From positions 480,001 to 544,000 of the forward strand of contig CAVXZB010000084.1 in the NCBI GenBank assembly GCA_963765895.1: DNA of 64,000 nt, given 5' to 3'. Positions 34,594 through 46,718 of this stretch are shown here, piece by piece (the first letter of the stretch is position 1; the number at the start of each line of letters is the position of its first letter). The DNA comes from an uncultured Nitrososphaeraceae archaeon. GTDB lineage: Archaea; Thermoproteota; Nitrososphaeria; Nitrososphaerales; Nitrososphaeraceae. Made by a program: the position numbers and the translations under genes. Under the pieces are notes generated by a model. The model saw only the letters and a program-made list of their open reading frames with translations, did not search any database and was not told the DNA's origin.

Positions 34594-34791
34594 TTGAAGC
34601 AGAGTAATAGACGAAATTTCAAATGCGATCAACCTTTAGATAAAAAAGTGGAGAGATTACGCCTAGAAAATGGAAAATTTTGTAGATGTGGGTATTTAAA
34701 ATCACATCATGCTAAAATATTTGGATGTACATATTTTTACGTATGTACTTGTAGAATGTATTATCCTGTTAAAAAAGCAAGATGCAATTAA
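34594..34791 (+). CDS. Small Cys/His-rich basic protein
   Basis: CRCGYLKSHH..GC..VCTCRMY. Confidence 0.45.
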   Translation: MKQSNRRNFKCDQPLDKKVERLRLENGKFCRCGYLKSHHAKIFGCTYFYVCTCRMYYPVKKARCN

Positions 34792-36257
34792 TTCAATAGG
34801 AAAAATGACATGAGTGACACTAAACTAACCTCACTATCGATTCTGATAGGCGGCAAATTTCATGTAATAATAAATCTTTTGATACCTCCATTGATAACGA
34901 AGCAAGGATACAGGGGTAATAGAATATTGCTTTGAAAAGAGGTGCAGTAGACTTGCTGGTTTGAGTCTTGAGATTAGTGGTAGTTGATTTTATACATCAC
35001 TACCGATGCAGAGTCAATCAAGGAAACTTTAGGGATGCCTGCGGAGAAAAGTTCAATGGTTTGAAAATACATCGTCTTTAACTAATCAGAAAGTATACAG
35101 ACCAGAGGACCAGAAAAATTGAAATTTAAGGAGCAGCAGATAATGATACAACTTGATTTAAAACTAGCGAGTATATTTTTGGACATAATGATTTTAATGA
35201 ACAAATAAAACTTGAGTGTAATATAGAGGCTTTTATATTTTAGTGTTATAAGTCTTGTCTGAGGTGTGAAAATCGCCAAATTAATCATACCCTATGTTGT
35301 CTAGGATATTGCATGATATGTGAGCCTGACGATACCAAAAGCCAAGACTGATCATTGAAAACTGATAGTAAGGCACGAAAAACATAATTAAATAGCTTTT
35401 GTGAAGAATTGAAGAATAATATACGGAATGCCAAGCCGTCGGTATTGGAATTTATTATTATGATCCTGTAGATGAGAATATATCGAGGATCCGAGAAGCA
35501 TTTGTGTATGGTTCAATACTGTACCGACCTTTGACATAAAATTCTGTCCTTTTTACGGTAAGACGTTTAAGATAATCCAGAAATGAAAACACAGGCTAAA
35601 CAACAAATGTCAGTGCCCATTCATATACATGATTTCTATTGTAATCGTAGCTAGTCTCTCTGGTACAATTTTATTATAAGACACAAGATACTTAAAGTAA
35701 CACGAAACAACTTTATACAAAAAGGCATTTAAAGACCTGCCAGAACACCTGACTCAGTTATCTAGATAATTGTATGTCATTAAATCCATATTTATCTTCG
35801 TAATGTATATGACAACAATGTCTTTTTTCGTTCAGTGGACTTAATTGTAATAGTATCGTTTTTCAGCAATTTGTCCGAGCTGTTAACAGCGGTATAACAC
35901 TAAAAAGCGATATTTCGTTATATTTCGGTATAATTAAACAGTACAAAAACAAATTTGTGTACAATCGACTAGTAACGCATCTATAGTGTAACATTAATTT
36001 TCTGAACATGATTAACATCATAGACAGGTGGTATCTAAAACACTGCTATCCCTTGCATCTCTTTGCTACATCTTTGGCGTTTGCTACAGATTTTTCAGTT
36101 TTACAGCACTTGTTTATTAATCATGATAACTGACGATAAGATTTTAGCGATAAAAATTGATTTCCATGACTGTATATATTCTGTTAGAATATAGTCCATT
36201 TGAATGACTAGAGACATAGAGTTATATCTTAGATAAAGATATATAGATATACTTAAT

Positions 36258-37211
36258 ATGAAATTTGGTTTACAGCATCCCAATTTTAGTTTCGATTATA
36301 AAAATGACGATACATCCCAGATAGTGGATTCTTTAAAAGATCTCATCTTAATGGCAGAGAATGCTGGCTTTGATTCCTTTTGGGTAATGGATCATTTTCA
36401 TCAGATAAAGTTTGTAGGAGGCCCAGATGAACCTATGCTTGAAAGTTGGACAACTATCTCCGCGCTTGCAGGTATTACTACAAAAATAAAACTTGGAACG
36501 TTAGTAACAGGCATTGTATATAGACATCCAGCAATCCTAGCAAAGATTAGTGCTACGTTAGATGTCCTTAGTAAAGGCAGATTGTTTATGGGAATAGGAG
36601 CGGCATGGAATCAAGAGGAATCCTTCGCATATGGAGTTCCTTTTCCCTCGACAAGAGAGAGGTTATTGAGACTTGAAGAAGTCATTCAAATTATACGTAA
36701 AATGTGGACTAAATCTACCGCTACCTTCAATGGTAAATATTATCAGATAAAAGATGCTTATTGTAATCCTAAACCATTACAGAAGCCTCATCCTCCTATT
36801 ATGGTAGGTGGGGGCGGAGAACGTAACACATTAAGGATCGTGGCAAAGTACGCAGACGCATGCAACCTATTTGGCTCTTTCGAGACAATAAAAAGAAAGT
36901 TGAGTATATTAAACGAACATTGTAAGAATGTTGGTAGAGACTACGATTCAATTCTGAAGACCAAATTGGGTATTGTGTTAATCGATAATGATAAGGAATC
37001 ACTAAACAAAAAGTTAAATGAACTGTTTAAGGGAATGCCTAAAGAGCAGATTAAAGAATTCGTTATTTATGGAACTCAAGAAGAAGTCTTGAAAGAAATA
37101 GAATCGCTTGAAAATGTCGGGATTGAGTATTTCATAGTGGATTTAGATCCATCTAGAGAACTCGAACAATTAGAATTGTTTGCAGATAAAATTATGAAGA
37201 ACCTTTCCTGA
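36258..37211 (+). CDS. LLM class (probably F420-dependent) oxidoreductase
   Basis: GFDSFWVMDHFHQI, LESWTTISALA, GRLFMGIGAAW, PPIMVGGGGE. Confidence 0.95.
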   Translation: MKFGLQHPNFSFDYKNDDTSQIVDSLKDLILMAENAGFDSFWVMDHFHQIKFVGGPDEPMLESWTTISALAGITTKIKLGTLVTGIVYRHPAILAKISATLDVLSKGRLFMGIGAAWNQEESFAYGVPFPSTRERLLRLEEVIQIIRKMWTKSTATFNGKYYQIKDAYCNPKPLQKPHPPIMVGGGGERNTLRIVAKYADACNLFGSFETIKRKLSILNEHCKNVGRDYDSILKTKLGIVLIDNDKESLNKKLNELFKGMPKEQIKEFVIYGTQEEVLKEIESLENVGIEYFIVDLDPSRELEQLELFADKIMKNLS

Positions 37212-37528
37212 TTTACTATACCAACAGGATAAGAAAGTGTTATTATATTATTTAACAAGCTTTAAACTTTAAAATTAACGTAATATGTTATAATATTACC
37301 TAGAGATACTGTAACTCTTTGTCAGTGACCAATGAATATTTAATATTTTACTATTTGATTATCTGATATAATTTGTAACTGTGACTAAATCAGCTAACGA
37401 AATGACTATCGTAAGTGTAGAATAGACGAATTTCAGAAATATCATCATGTTTGAAAATGAGTTCTGCGATATCTGAATCATAAATTCGTAATATTATCAA
37501 ATTAGACAGTATAGATGTATGTATACAA

Positions 37529-38395
37529 GTGGAAGAGAAAAATGTTGCAATAATAACAGGTTGTTCGTGTGGGATTAAGCTTGAAACCTTAAAAATTTTG
37601 CCAGAAATGGGTTTTATGCGTACTCTACAATGCCTAACATTGACAATACAAGAAACTGACAAATCAATCAGAGAAAATTCTGGTCGAGATTGATATGCCA
37701 CTGTAAATTATTAGGCTCGATGTCAACGATGGCTTATCTATCCATAATACAATTGATACAATATTATCAGAAAGACAGACGATCGATATTTTAGTAAATA
37801 ATGCCAGGTATGTATCAGTATGCCCAATAGAAGAGACATTAATTGATGAAATGAAGACCCCAGTTTGAGACTAATCTCTTTGGGGCAATTAGGGTTATTA
37901 AGTCGATATTGACTACGATGAGAAAACAGATGAGTGGAAAGAATAGCAAATATCTATGGGTAGCAAAATTGCCGTTCCTCTTAATACAACTTATCACGCT
38001 ACAAAATTTGGCTTGGAGGGAATATTTGAATTACTACAATTTCAATCGGAATAGTTAGGATAAAGATAATACTAATAGAATCTGGAGCTGTAGAATCTAA
38101 TTTTTGGGCTAATTTGAAAATCGCTAAGCTCCGAGCAGATGTACAGGCCTAATTCGCCTTAGTTACGATTAATTCAGACTGTATCAAAAGTGGTTGAAAG
38201 AATGTCCGGAGAACCAATCACCGCAGGAGAACTTGCATGAGAGGTATCAGAGACTGTCACCTAGAGACTATCACCTCTGACGACCCGGGTTTAGATATGT
38301 AGGTGGTAAGGATGCCACAAGAATAATGATACAAGGAAGATATGTCTGAAAAACAGTTTAAAGAATGAATGATGGAGAATTTCGGCCTGGTATAG
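37529..38395 (+). pseudogene. Heavily degraded SDR oxidoreductase
   Basis: VAIITGCSCGI, IDILVNNA, QFETNLFGAIRV, YHATKFGLEG; many stops and shifts. Confidence 0.85.
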
Positions 38396-38859
38396 GAATC
38401 TGTGAAGACTGATTATTACAAATATTTACTTACCGGCACAGACCCATCCTCTAGATAGACTCATTAAAAGTAGGTATTTTTGAGCTTCTTCTAGGAATAT
38501 TTGGAAACTTAATTACTAATAGGCCTCCTTATTGTATTCGTTTATTTATATAGATCGTGTATCTCACATAGAGAGCAGAAGATGTTGTTAATTTATTTCG
38601 AATAACCATTTATTCCTATAATTCATAAGTAAATCTACTGTCGTTCCTACAACATGAGGTTGGTTGGAACCCCAGGAGCATATTTGTCAAATTGATGACA
38701 TGTGTTCATCCGTGCAAATTGTTTTGGGGGCTACACCATCAACCAATTTGCTATATTTTTATTATAGTATACACATTTGATTAGATTTGGTTGTCATTCA
38801 AGCTATTAAGGCGATGCGATCATAACTCTACTTTCTTGATCTCATTTTATGGCAAGTTA

Positions 38860-39108
38860 TTAGTTAGTTCTTTTTGAAAGTTTCGTAATCAACTCTTTAA
38901 TCATTTTCTGTTGCTCCAGTATTAATGCAATAAATAACGATTCAGTCGTAAATGGCTCGCCTTTAGCATTTATTGCATCAACATATTTATTAATTTCCTC
39001 TATCATTTCCATAAATGATTTTTTATTATCTGCTCGTAAAGCGAATGCAAAGCCATTTTTCCATGACTCTATTTCTTTTGTTAAACTATAGTTCTCATTC
39101 GTAGCCAA
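38860..39108 (-). CDS. Small helical protein resembling the archaeal PolB2-associated family (arCOG07300-like)
   Basis: EIESWK..FAFALR..F.EM..PFTTESLFIALILEQQKMI; family call from memory. Confidence 0.55.
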   Translation of the reverse strand: MATNENYSLTKEIESWKNGFAFALRADNKKSFMEMIEEINKYVDAINAKGEPFTTESLFIALILEQQKMIKELITKLSKRTN

Positions 39109-39130
39109 ATATGTAATTAGCGCACATTCC

Positions 39131-39209
<79 letters not shown>

Positions 39210-39338
39210 GAGACTACTTTACCGGGAGGGAACAGTTAGTTTGGTTGGTTGTTTATTTGTTCATACTTACACATTGTCTCATTTGTCCCTGAATATATTT
39301 AATATGTCTTCCTTGGAGAGAGGTGTATCTGTACCTGT

Positions 39339-39587
39339 TTACTTGTGGTATAATTCAATTTCAACGACTTTCTGTACATCCGGATCGAGATTTTCTTGTT
39401 TATTTAGAAGCAGAAAATCTCTCCAAGACATATTGCTAGTGGTTGTAAAGGCCTGTCGTGCAGCAAGCTCGTTTTTTAGCGAGTCGAAGATCTGATAATG
39501 TCGATAACAGTATATGCTATTATTATCATCAAGCGAAGAGGCATTCTGTCCACATGCTATGCATATCTTTCCTGCTCCGATAGTCAT
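39339..39587 (-). CDS. Small hypothetical protein with CxxC..CxxH motif
   Basis: CIACG..YCYRH. Confidence 0.6.
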   Translation of the reverse strand: MTIGAGKICIACGQNASSLDDNNSIYCYRHYQIFDSLKNELAARQAFTTTSNMSWRDFLLLNKQENLDPDVQKVVEIELYHK

Positions 39588-40225
39588 TATTTGTGATAAT
39601 TTCTAGCCCTTAATATGGTTTAAAAATATCATATATCAGCTCAATTTCCCACACTATACCATCCATCACCATTTTCACGTAGTGCACAGACAATAAACGA
39701 CAATCTATTAAATCAAGTGACTATATCAGCATTTAAATATAATACTACAATGAGTAATAGTACCAATATTTCCAAATCTAACGCAACTAGTAATACACGT
39801 GCTAGCAATTTCACACATTAAGTTGATAGGATAGTTGCTAGACGGTTTGATGTATAGATATTCTTACTTATTCTTACTGTATCTGTACCTAGGTACTATT
39901 ACTATATGCTATAATTACAGACACAGATGAATATTTAGCTTACGGACATGGGTTAAACTTCTGTTGTCAGGAAGTACCTCCTCCATTCCATTGTGATCAT
40001 AACAAGAATGGTGGAGGTAGTTCTAATAGATAGAGATGTCAAGAAATGATACTCCGTTTAAATCCTGCTTTTACGCCTGTTTTTAGTACGAATTTGATCG
40101 TAGAGATAGTAGAGATCGTGAAGATATTTCATTATATCATAATCTGCAGTTAATGTGTGATTTTGTTAGTTTAGCTAACTTCATGTTGTTGGTTTTAAAT
40201 AATATATCAACTACTAACAATATAC

Positions 40226-41164
40226 ATGACTCGAGCTAATGGGAAAGATATTAAGTCAATGTTAATAAACAAAAAAACTATTTCATTATTCTTTCAGTTG
40301 TCTTTGACGGTCCTGATTTTGCTAGGAGCTGGATTAGCGCCTGCTCAAGCTTCAGCGCAATCAATTCCAAGTACTGGCAATACATATTCCTTCTCAAACC
40401 TGAACTTATCTTCTCCTGTCAGACCTAGTCCAACTACATTTCCTCCACCGTCAGTATCTCCCGAATTGTCTGCGGCTCAAAAAAGCGCATCAACAAACAA
40501 GCCATGCACACTTACACCATCGCTGATAGAACACGAAGGTACTCCACAACAGACAGAAGGTCCATACTTTATTGATGGCATGCCTAACCGATCTAATATA
40601 AGATCAGATCCTTCTCTTGGTTCAATACAGCAAGGCATCCCATTGCACCTAGTAATTCATGTTTATGGTATAAATAAAAATGGTTCATGTAGTCCTCTCA
40701 AAGGAGCCAAAGTAGATATCTGGCATGCTAATTCTCAGGGTATTTATTCTGATATTGCTGACCAAGGTAATATAGGAAAGAAATTCCTCAGGGGATATCA
40801 ACTTACGGACAGTAGTGGGACCGTTAGATTTACGACGATATATCCAGGTTGGTACCAGGGTAGAGCCATTCATATACACGACAAGGTTCGTACATTTAAC
40901 GGATCAGACAAAACTTTAGATTGGACATCACAGCTATACTTTGACAATTCTGTAAATGAACAGGTCCACAAGCAACTACCATACAGCAAGCATGGACCTC
41001 CTGACATGACGAATGAACAAGATGGCATTTATGCAGGACCATCAACTGATGGCCCATTTCAGAGCAATAGTGGAAAGCATTTAATGGTTGATTTAACTAA
41101 AGAAGGACAATCCTACCGTGGTACATTCAATATTGTATTAAACACTACTCAACAAAAAAGTTAA
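40226..41164 (+). CDS. Exported intradiol ring-cleavage dioxygenase-like protein
   Basis: Signal peptide; TEGPYF, VDIWHANSQGIYS, FLRGYQ.TD, TIYPGWYQGRAIHIH (Tyr/Tyr/His/His Fe ligands). Confidence 0.9.
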   Translation: MTRANGKDIKSMLINKKTISLFFQLSLTVLILLGAGLAPAQASAQSIPSTGNTYSFSNLNLSSPVRPSPTTFPPPSVSPELSAAQKSASTNKPCTLTPSLIEHEGTPQQTEGPYFIDGMPNRSNIRSDPSLGSIQQGIPLHLVIHVYGINKNGSCSPLKGAKVDIWHANSQGIYSDIADQGNIGKKFLRGYQLTDSSGTVRFTTIYPGWYQGRAIHIHDKVRTFNGSDKTLDWTSQLYFDNSVNEQVHKQLPYSKHGPPDMTNEQDGIYAGPSTDGPFQSNSGKHLMVDLTKEGQSYRGTFNIVLNTTQQKS

Positions 41165-41369
41165 TCAATACTAAAACCGTAGTGATTCCAAAACTAAGGA
41201 GGAGGACGAGATAATAATATATATGAATAGTTTGGGACAATGTGCCTGCATGGTACAGCTTTCGAGTTCTGCGGGTACTAGTTACCAAAAAAGTGAGCCG
41301 CTAATAGTACTTGAATACGAATACAAAAGGGCAGCATAGTGAGACATTTGAGCATAAAAATGACAAGAA

Positions 41370-41654
41370 GTGCCATCGCATTCTTTATCATCACCGTTAC
41401 CATCATTATACACTAAATTCTCCGACCTTGGCAAAGTATTCTGGCCTGAGACAACACAACACCCACCGCCAACAAGAGCAAATTTAATTGAATATTATGA
41501 TAAGATTGGTAGCTATATCCTCACACATCTTAGAAACAGGCCGCTCATATTAAGCAGATTTCCGGATGGCATTGACAGCAAACACCTTTATCAAAAGAAT
41601 TTGGATAAAGAAACAAACAACCTCCGGAGTATGATTAGTTACCTCTTTATCTAA
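41370..41654 (+). pseudogene. N-terminal fragment of the NHEJ LigD polymerase (PolDom) domain
   Basis: LGKVFWP..LIEYYDKI..ILTHLRNRPLILSRFPDGI..YQKN, then truncated. Confidence 0.8.
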
Positions 41655-42106
41655 GACACATTTACCATTTTCTACTGCTGTTCTTTATGCAGTAGTCTGC
41701 TTGCTAAACCTAGGATGCATAATGAATAAGCTAACACCTGATTTTGTTTAGAGGGACTCCGAGTTATTCGTTCAGCATCGCTATCTTCTTGGATACACAT
41801 ATGTCCGAAGAATACCTCCTTTAATACCAAAGTCTGAAACTAGTCCAGAGCATGCTAACGAAATTCTGAAAAATGAGTGAATGACTAAATTAACACGTTG
41901 GACTTTTACTGTAGTTACCTTTGCTCCTTTAGTTACACTAGGTTTGGGAATCTTGGGTTTCTTGTAAGTTGCAACTCCTTTCGATTTCGATCATGTCCAT
42001 CATCAGGCGCGCCCCCTGGCGTATTTATGCATTATTATCTTCCCGTTAATCCTATTTAATTCGCATGCTGAATAGTTATATACATATGTTATTCCTATAT
42101 ATTTTA

Positions 42107-42462
42107 CATGGATTCAAAAGCTCTGATTCATAGCATACTAGCAGTATCAACGATCATCATAATACTAGTAACAATGGCGTCAGTAGGGCAAAGAGTAGAT
42201 ACCATCTGTAGTTACAACAATAAAAAGTGCTGCTAGAACAATAACCCCAAATACAAATGACATAAATTGTCAATCTAAGAAGGGAACTGCAAACACTGAA
42301 ACAGATCTAGGTACATTAAAGTTTGCAGGTGAAAAATGTACAGGTGAAAATGGTGGAACTGTAGTAGCAGGCGGAGTCAAATCCAATTCAGGAGCTACAG
42401 GAATACACGGTATTAATGGCCCAAACGACAATTCTCATATTGGGGGATTTATCAAAAGGTAA
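42107..42462 (+). pseudogene. Frameshifted small exported protein
   Basis: Signal-like MDSKALIHSILAVSTIIIILVTMASVG; continues in another frame as NDINCQSK..GEKCTGENGG. Confidence 0.45.
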
Positions 42463-43354
42463 ACAAGTACATACTCTATTTTTCCGCGTAGCAATAATTG
42501 TCTGCACTTGCTTGTTCTCTATAAATTACTGTAAATCTGCAAAGCAAAGATTTACTCATCTTATTAGTGCGAATTGTGCACAAATTCAGAAATTATTCTC
42601 TACTGAATATGTGAAAAGTCCTACTTTTTCCTCTCCTTCATTGTCTAAAGGCATTCTAAAATGGGCCAGCTCTAAGTTGATCTCAATCAACCGTCCTATC
42701 TGCCAACGATATCGTTTCTGAATATAATGAAGCGATGGAAATAACGCTTCAGCTTACTATAGCTGCTTATAATGATTCGAAAGTTTAATACGAAACAGCT
42801 TCTTAGGCATTAAAATCCCCATAAAGCTTCATGCAATGTAGCGACAATATATTCTAAGCTAATGTTATGCTTGAATAATTTGGCTCCAAGTCAATTTCCA
42901 GCCCTACAAAATAAGGTCAGAAATATCTTACTATTACTAATTCTTTTTTTTATACTATAGGTATTTGAATTATAATCAATATGCAAATGAGCAATAGCCA
43001 AACAAGTAATAACTATTTCAAATATTTACTATTAACTATGAAGGGTATTTCTTCGATTACAAGATATTCTACCCAATTTTGATGAGGGTTTTGTAATCGA
43101 GGAGGAATGAGACACACATCGCCTGACATTCATCATCATTTCTAATTTCATAGATTAGGATCGAAAAGATTTCTGCTAGCAGTATCATTTAATAATCCGT
43201 CTACTACCAATATAAAAAAATGAAGAGTTAGAAACAAGTTGGTATCCTTACATCTGTTTCTTATATTCACTAATTGCTGGCATCATTATTACTGTCGTTA
43301 GGACTATTACCTGTATCCTTACTGCCGCCAGAATTGTCGTTAGTATCGCTGCTG

Positions 43355-43732
43355 CTACTGCTGCCTACCCCCTCCAAATGTAGAATCAAAACAATCTCTT
43401 ATTTGCTGTTTCGTTGCAGAACCACCGTTTGAAGCGTCAGAAAGACAACTCTGGAACTTGTCGTAATCGCCTTTACCCGAGCCGCTACTGCTTCCACTGC
43501 CGCTACTGCCGCTACTACCACTGCCGCTACTACCACTGCCGCTACTACCACTGCCGCTACTACCACTGCCGCTACTACCACTGCCGCTACTACCACTGCC
43601 GCTACTACCACTGCCGCTATTGCTACTGTCGTCTTTCTGTGCAAATACATGGCTTGTGAAACTAACTGATGACATAGATAATGCCACTGCAATTGTCATG
43701 AGAACAATTGATATCATTTTTGTTGTATACAT
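43355..43732 (-). CDS. Exported Gly/Ser-rich low-complexity protein
   Basis: Signal peptide ending VFA, (SSGSG)n, C-terminal Cys pair. Confidence 0.8.
   Translation of the reverse strand: MYTTKMISIVLMTIAVALSMSSVSFTSHVFAQKDDSSNSGSGSSGSGSSGSGSSGSGSSGSGSSGSGSSGSGSSGSSGSGSSSGSGKGDYDKFQSCLSDASNGGSATKQQIRDCFDSTFGGGRQQ
43480..43620. repeat. 15-bp tandem repeat CTGCCGCTACTACCA, about 7-8 copies (coding)
   Basis: Directly visible. Confidence 0.95.
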
Positions 43733-44831
43733 TGTTTCTTTAACGAATATCCTCTTATGTCATTTAAATTATTTACTCAACATTTTGTTACTCCTTATTC
43801 AGGTTATGTTGTTAAACAAAATATGTGGAATTAGGTCATAATATTTTGCAAGTCGAAATGGCATAAATGGTAAAAGCTATCAATTTGGCTACATTTGATG
43901 AGTAATTTATATAATCAAGGCGAAACTGAACACTCGAAACTATTATTATTATAACGAATCATCTTTTTTGCAATAGCAATATTGCGACAAGAATAATCTC
44001 GCATATATTGAGCATTTGTGATTATTAAATCAAGACGAATTCCGATAGGCAAATCCCACCATAGATCAAACGGAATACAACTTAAATGAGAATTCAAAAG
44101 GGGTTGAAACCATCAAATATTAATAATACCGTGCTTGCTGCGAACGTATCATCTTAAAGTCTTGACATATCCATTGTATCACAGGTTTTTCATATTAGTA
44201 ATTAATTTGCCGCAACAGTCATACGATTGGAGGAAAATTAAAACTTCTATGAAATGATTTACATATTTAATATTACTTTTGCGATACAGAGCATCTAAAG
44301 GAGTATCGTATTATACCTTTTTTATATTTTATTAGAGTTTTTATCAAAGTTAACGTCTTTTTCAAAGTGGGAGTGTTTATCTGCTAAATAATAGACAGAT
44401 TAATTTAGCGTAGAGAGGATCGTTGTTTGAATGTTCTTAAAATGCATAGATTGAGTACGATAATATATCAGGTTAAAATGTGCAAATGACCATCAAGAGC
44501 ATACAAGATAAATAAAAGATATTGTTTTTTATTCTAAATATATGAAAATTCCAAAGTAGATACCTTGATATGGTTGTAAGATCAATACTTGACTCCCTTC
44601 TCAATAGTATAAGGCTTCAGGTCTTTTGCAAAATGCCCAGAATTATATTTGCAAGAACAACGCAATCAATCTATCAATTAATCTAAGCCATGTTCTAGGG
44701 CTATAGAATTAGTAGAAGATATCTATGATTATATTGAGGTTTCCATTCTCACCGATCTCAGATAAAGAATAATACAACTCGATATGGCAGTAGTATTCAT
44801 AATGAAAAGGTAAACAGGCGCAACTTAGCAA

Positions 44832-45400
44832 TTGAAGGCAGCATTGACAGTAATAATGTTAGTTGGCACAGCCTTGATATCGATCACCGCATCAACAGCA
44901 GATAGCATATTTGCAAGAAAATATGGAAGACATGATGTAAATAATATTGATCAAGCGGCGTCTATTAGCAATTCATGTCTAAACCCTGATCTAATTCTAA
45001 TACTAACGATAATATGATTAGTAACAGTAATTGTGGCGGTACAGTGTCACAGCAAGGAAGATTAGGGCAAGCATCAACACCGACAACTGTTCAAAATGCA
45101 AACCCTACAATCGAAGTGCAACGATCAATACAACCACTATTAACAACAAGAGGAAACTGTACAGCATGTTTTGATTCCTTACCTCTGCTCAGAAATCGGG
45201 TTTGAAAATACACTCCACATCCACTTCCCTAATGCCGGGATAACTACAATCGAAGAATTATGTGCGTTCCTGAGAAATGAAGTTGCGAACTGAATAGATC
45301 CGATAGAATCAATCAACACAATAAGTAGTGCCTTACCTGACGATCGAGTTAGTTAAAGCACTATTTCAAACATAACGTCTCGTGTGCTAAGAGCAGTCGA
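44832..45400 (+). pseudogene. Exported Cys-containing protein, several frameshifts
   Basis: Signal peptide; QAASISNSCLNP / NCGGTVSQQG..CTACFDSL / TIEELCAFL. Confidence 0.6.
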
Positions 45401-45818
45401 ATAATATAAAATAATTAGTCTCAGATATATGCATGCATAAGATAGACAGCCAGAGAAAAACAATCCAAGGCCCACCCTAATAACTAGGGTGATCTGAACT
45501 TTACAACACTATAATTAATCTTAAACAATCAAAAATGATCCTAAAGGCAAAGTAATGATTCTTGTTCTGATCAAATTATTATGTCTTTTAATATCCAGCT
45601 TGTATTTTAGGGTTCACAGGCTGCTCGAGAATTCTATTATAATGAAAATCAATTGTTATAGCAAGAATCTTGTATACATACAGAACCTACTGAATTTACT
45701 TCATTTAAAATAGCTACTGATTTGGTTTATATTTCGATCAATTCTAAATCAATTTTTCTGCCCAGCACCGAAATATTTGAATAAGTCATTTTATCTTCTT
45801 CTTGGCTTGAAGATAAAA

Positions 45819-45986
45819 ATGGTTTATTATACATGTACAAAGTGCCAAGCTCAGATAGCAGACACATCACTTGATCGTAAGAAACTAGATCAACAGATCT
45901 GGGAGCATTTTTGTAGTTTCCACGCCGAAGAGCAAGATTTGGACGCATTAACTGTCTTCCGTGCTTATCTGAATCCTGAAAAGTAA
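45819..45986 (+). CDS. Small C2H2-like zinc-finger protein
   Basis: MVYYTCTKC..WEHFCSFH. Confidence 0.6.
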   Translation: MVYYTCTKCQAQIADTSLDRKKLDQQIWEHFCSFHAEEQDLDALTVFRAYLNPEK

Positions 45987-46354
45987 TACTAGTATTATTT
46001 TGTTCATCTGAACCTTCTAGAACCTGCTCTTTAGTGGGCCGGGTCGTTTGTGAATTGTTATTGACACAATTTCCTGGCCCCGAATCATAGAGCCCATAAG
46101 TAGTATGATGCTACATAGGCAGTCGTCTGATATTGTTAATTAATTCAGGTCAGATATAGAAGTATCATCTCAGATCCATACCGCTATCTTTCTTCCTTGT
46201 CATTCGTTGTCGCATCCATATAGTAGACTTAAAATAGCCATATAGAAACATCTTCGTGATATGTCCCAGAATAAGGGGAATTCTCTCTTTAGTTTCTCAT
46301 CATTGTTAAGAATAATAAACATGCCTGTATAAAGCGAATAAAGCGTCGTACCAC

Positions 46355-46573
46355 TTGATCACTATTAGAATAGAAACAGTAGCAGCAGCAATAATGGTGG
46401 TATTAGTGCTAACTTTCGTGGTAAACACAACTACAGTATTTGCTGACTCGAGCGGAAATAACGGACAACGCATACAGCTTCAGAAAACGTTCCCCCCTGA
46501 ATTACAAGATTATCAAGGCTGTCATGACACATTTACAGGCCCAGGACACAATGAGCCACCACCACTACCCTGA
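46355..46573 (+). CDS. Small exported hypothetical protein
   Basis: Hydrophobic signal ending TVFA, about 40-aa mature part. Confidence 0.55.
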   Translation: MITIRIETVAAAIMVVLVLTFVVNTTTVFADSSGNNGQRIQLQKTFPPELQDYQGCHDTFTGPGHNEPPPLP

Positions 46574-46718
46574 GTCACAGCCAATATCCTAGTCCTGAAA
46601 TATAACACACATAGCAACCTCAGGGTCAACAGCTCTAATATTGGTTTATTAGTTGGAAGACATGGCCCTCATGGTTAAATCAACGTATAATATGACTATT
46701 ACTCGGTTAAAGAGGATA

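Noticed and set aside
43399-43692. (VVVAA)n and (YYHCR)n ORFs that look like RiPP or metal-binding repeats
   Set aside because: Alternative frames of the 15-bp repeat; only the SSGSG frame has a signal peptide and a sensible C-terminus
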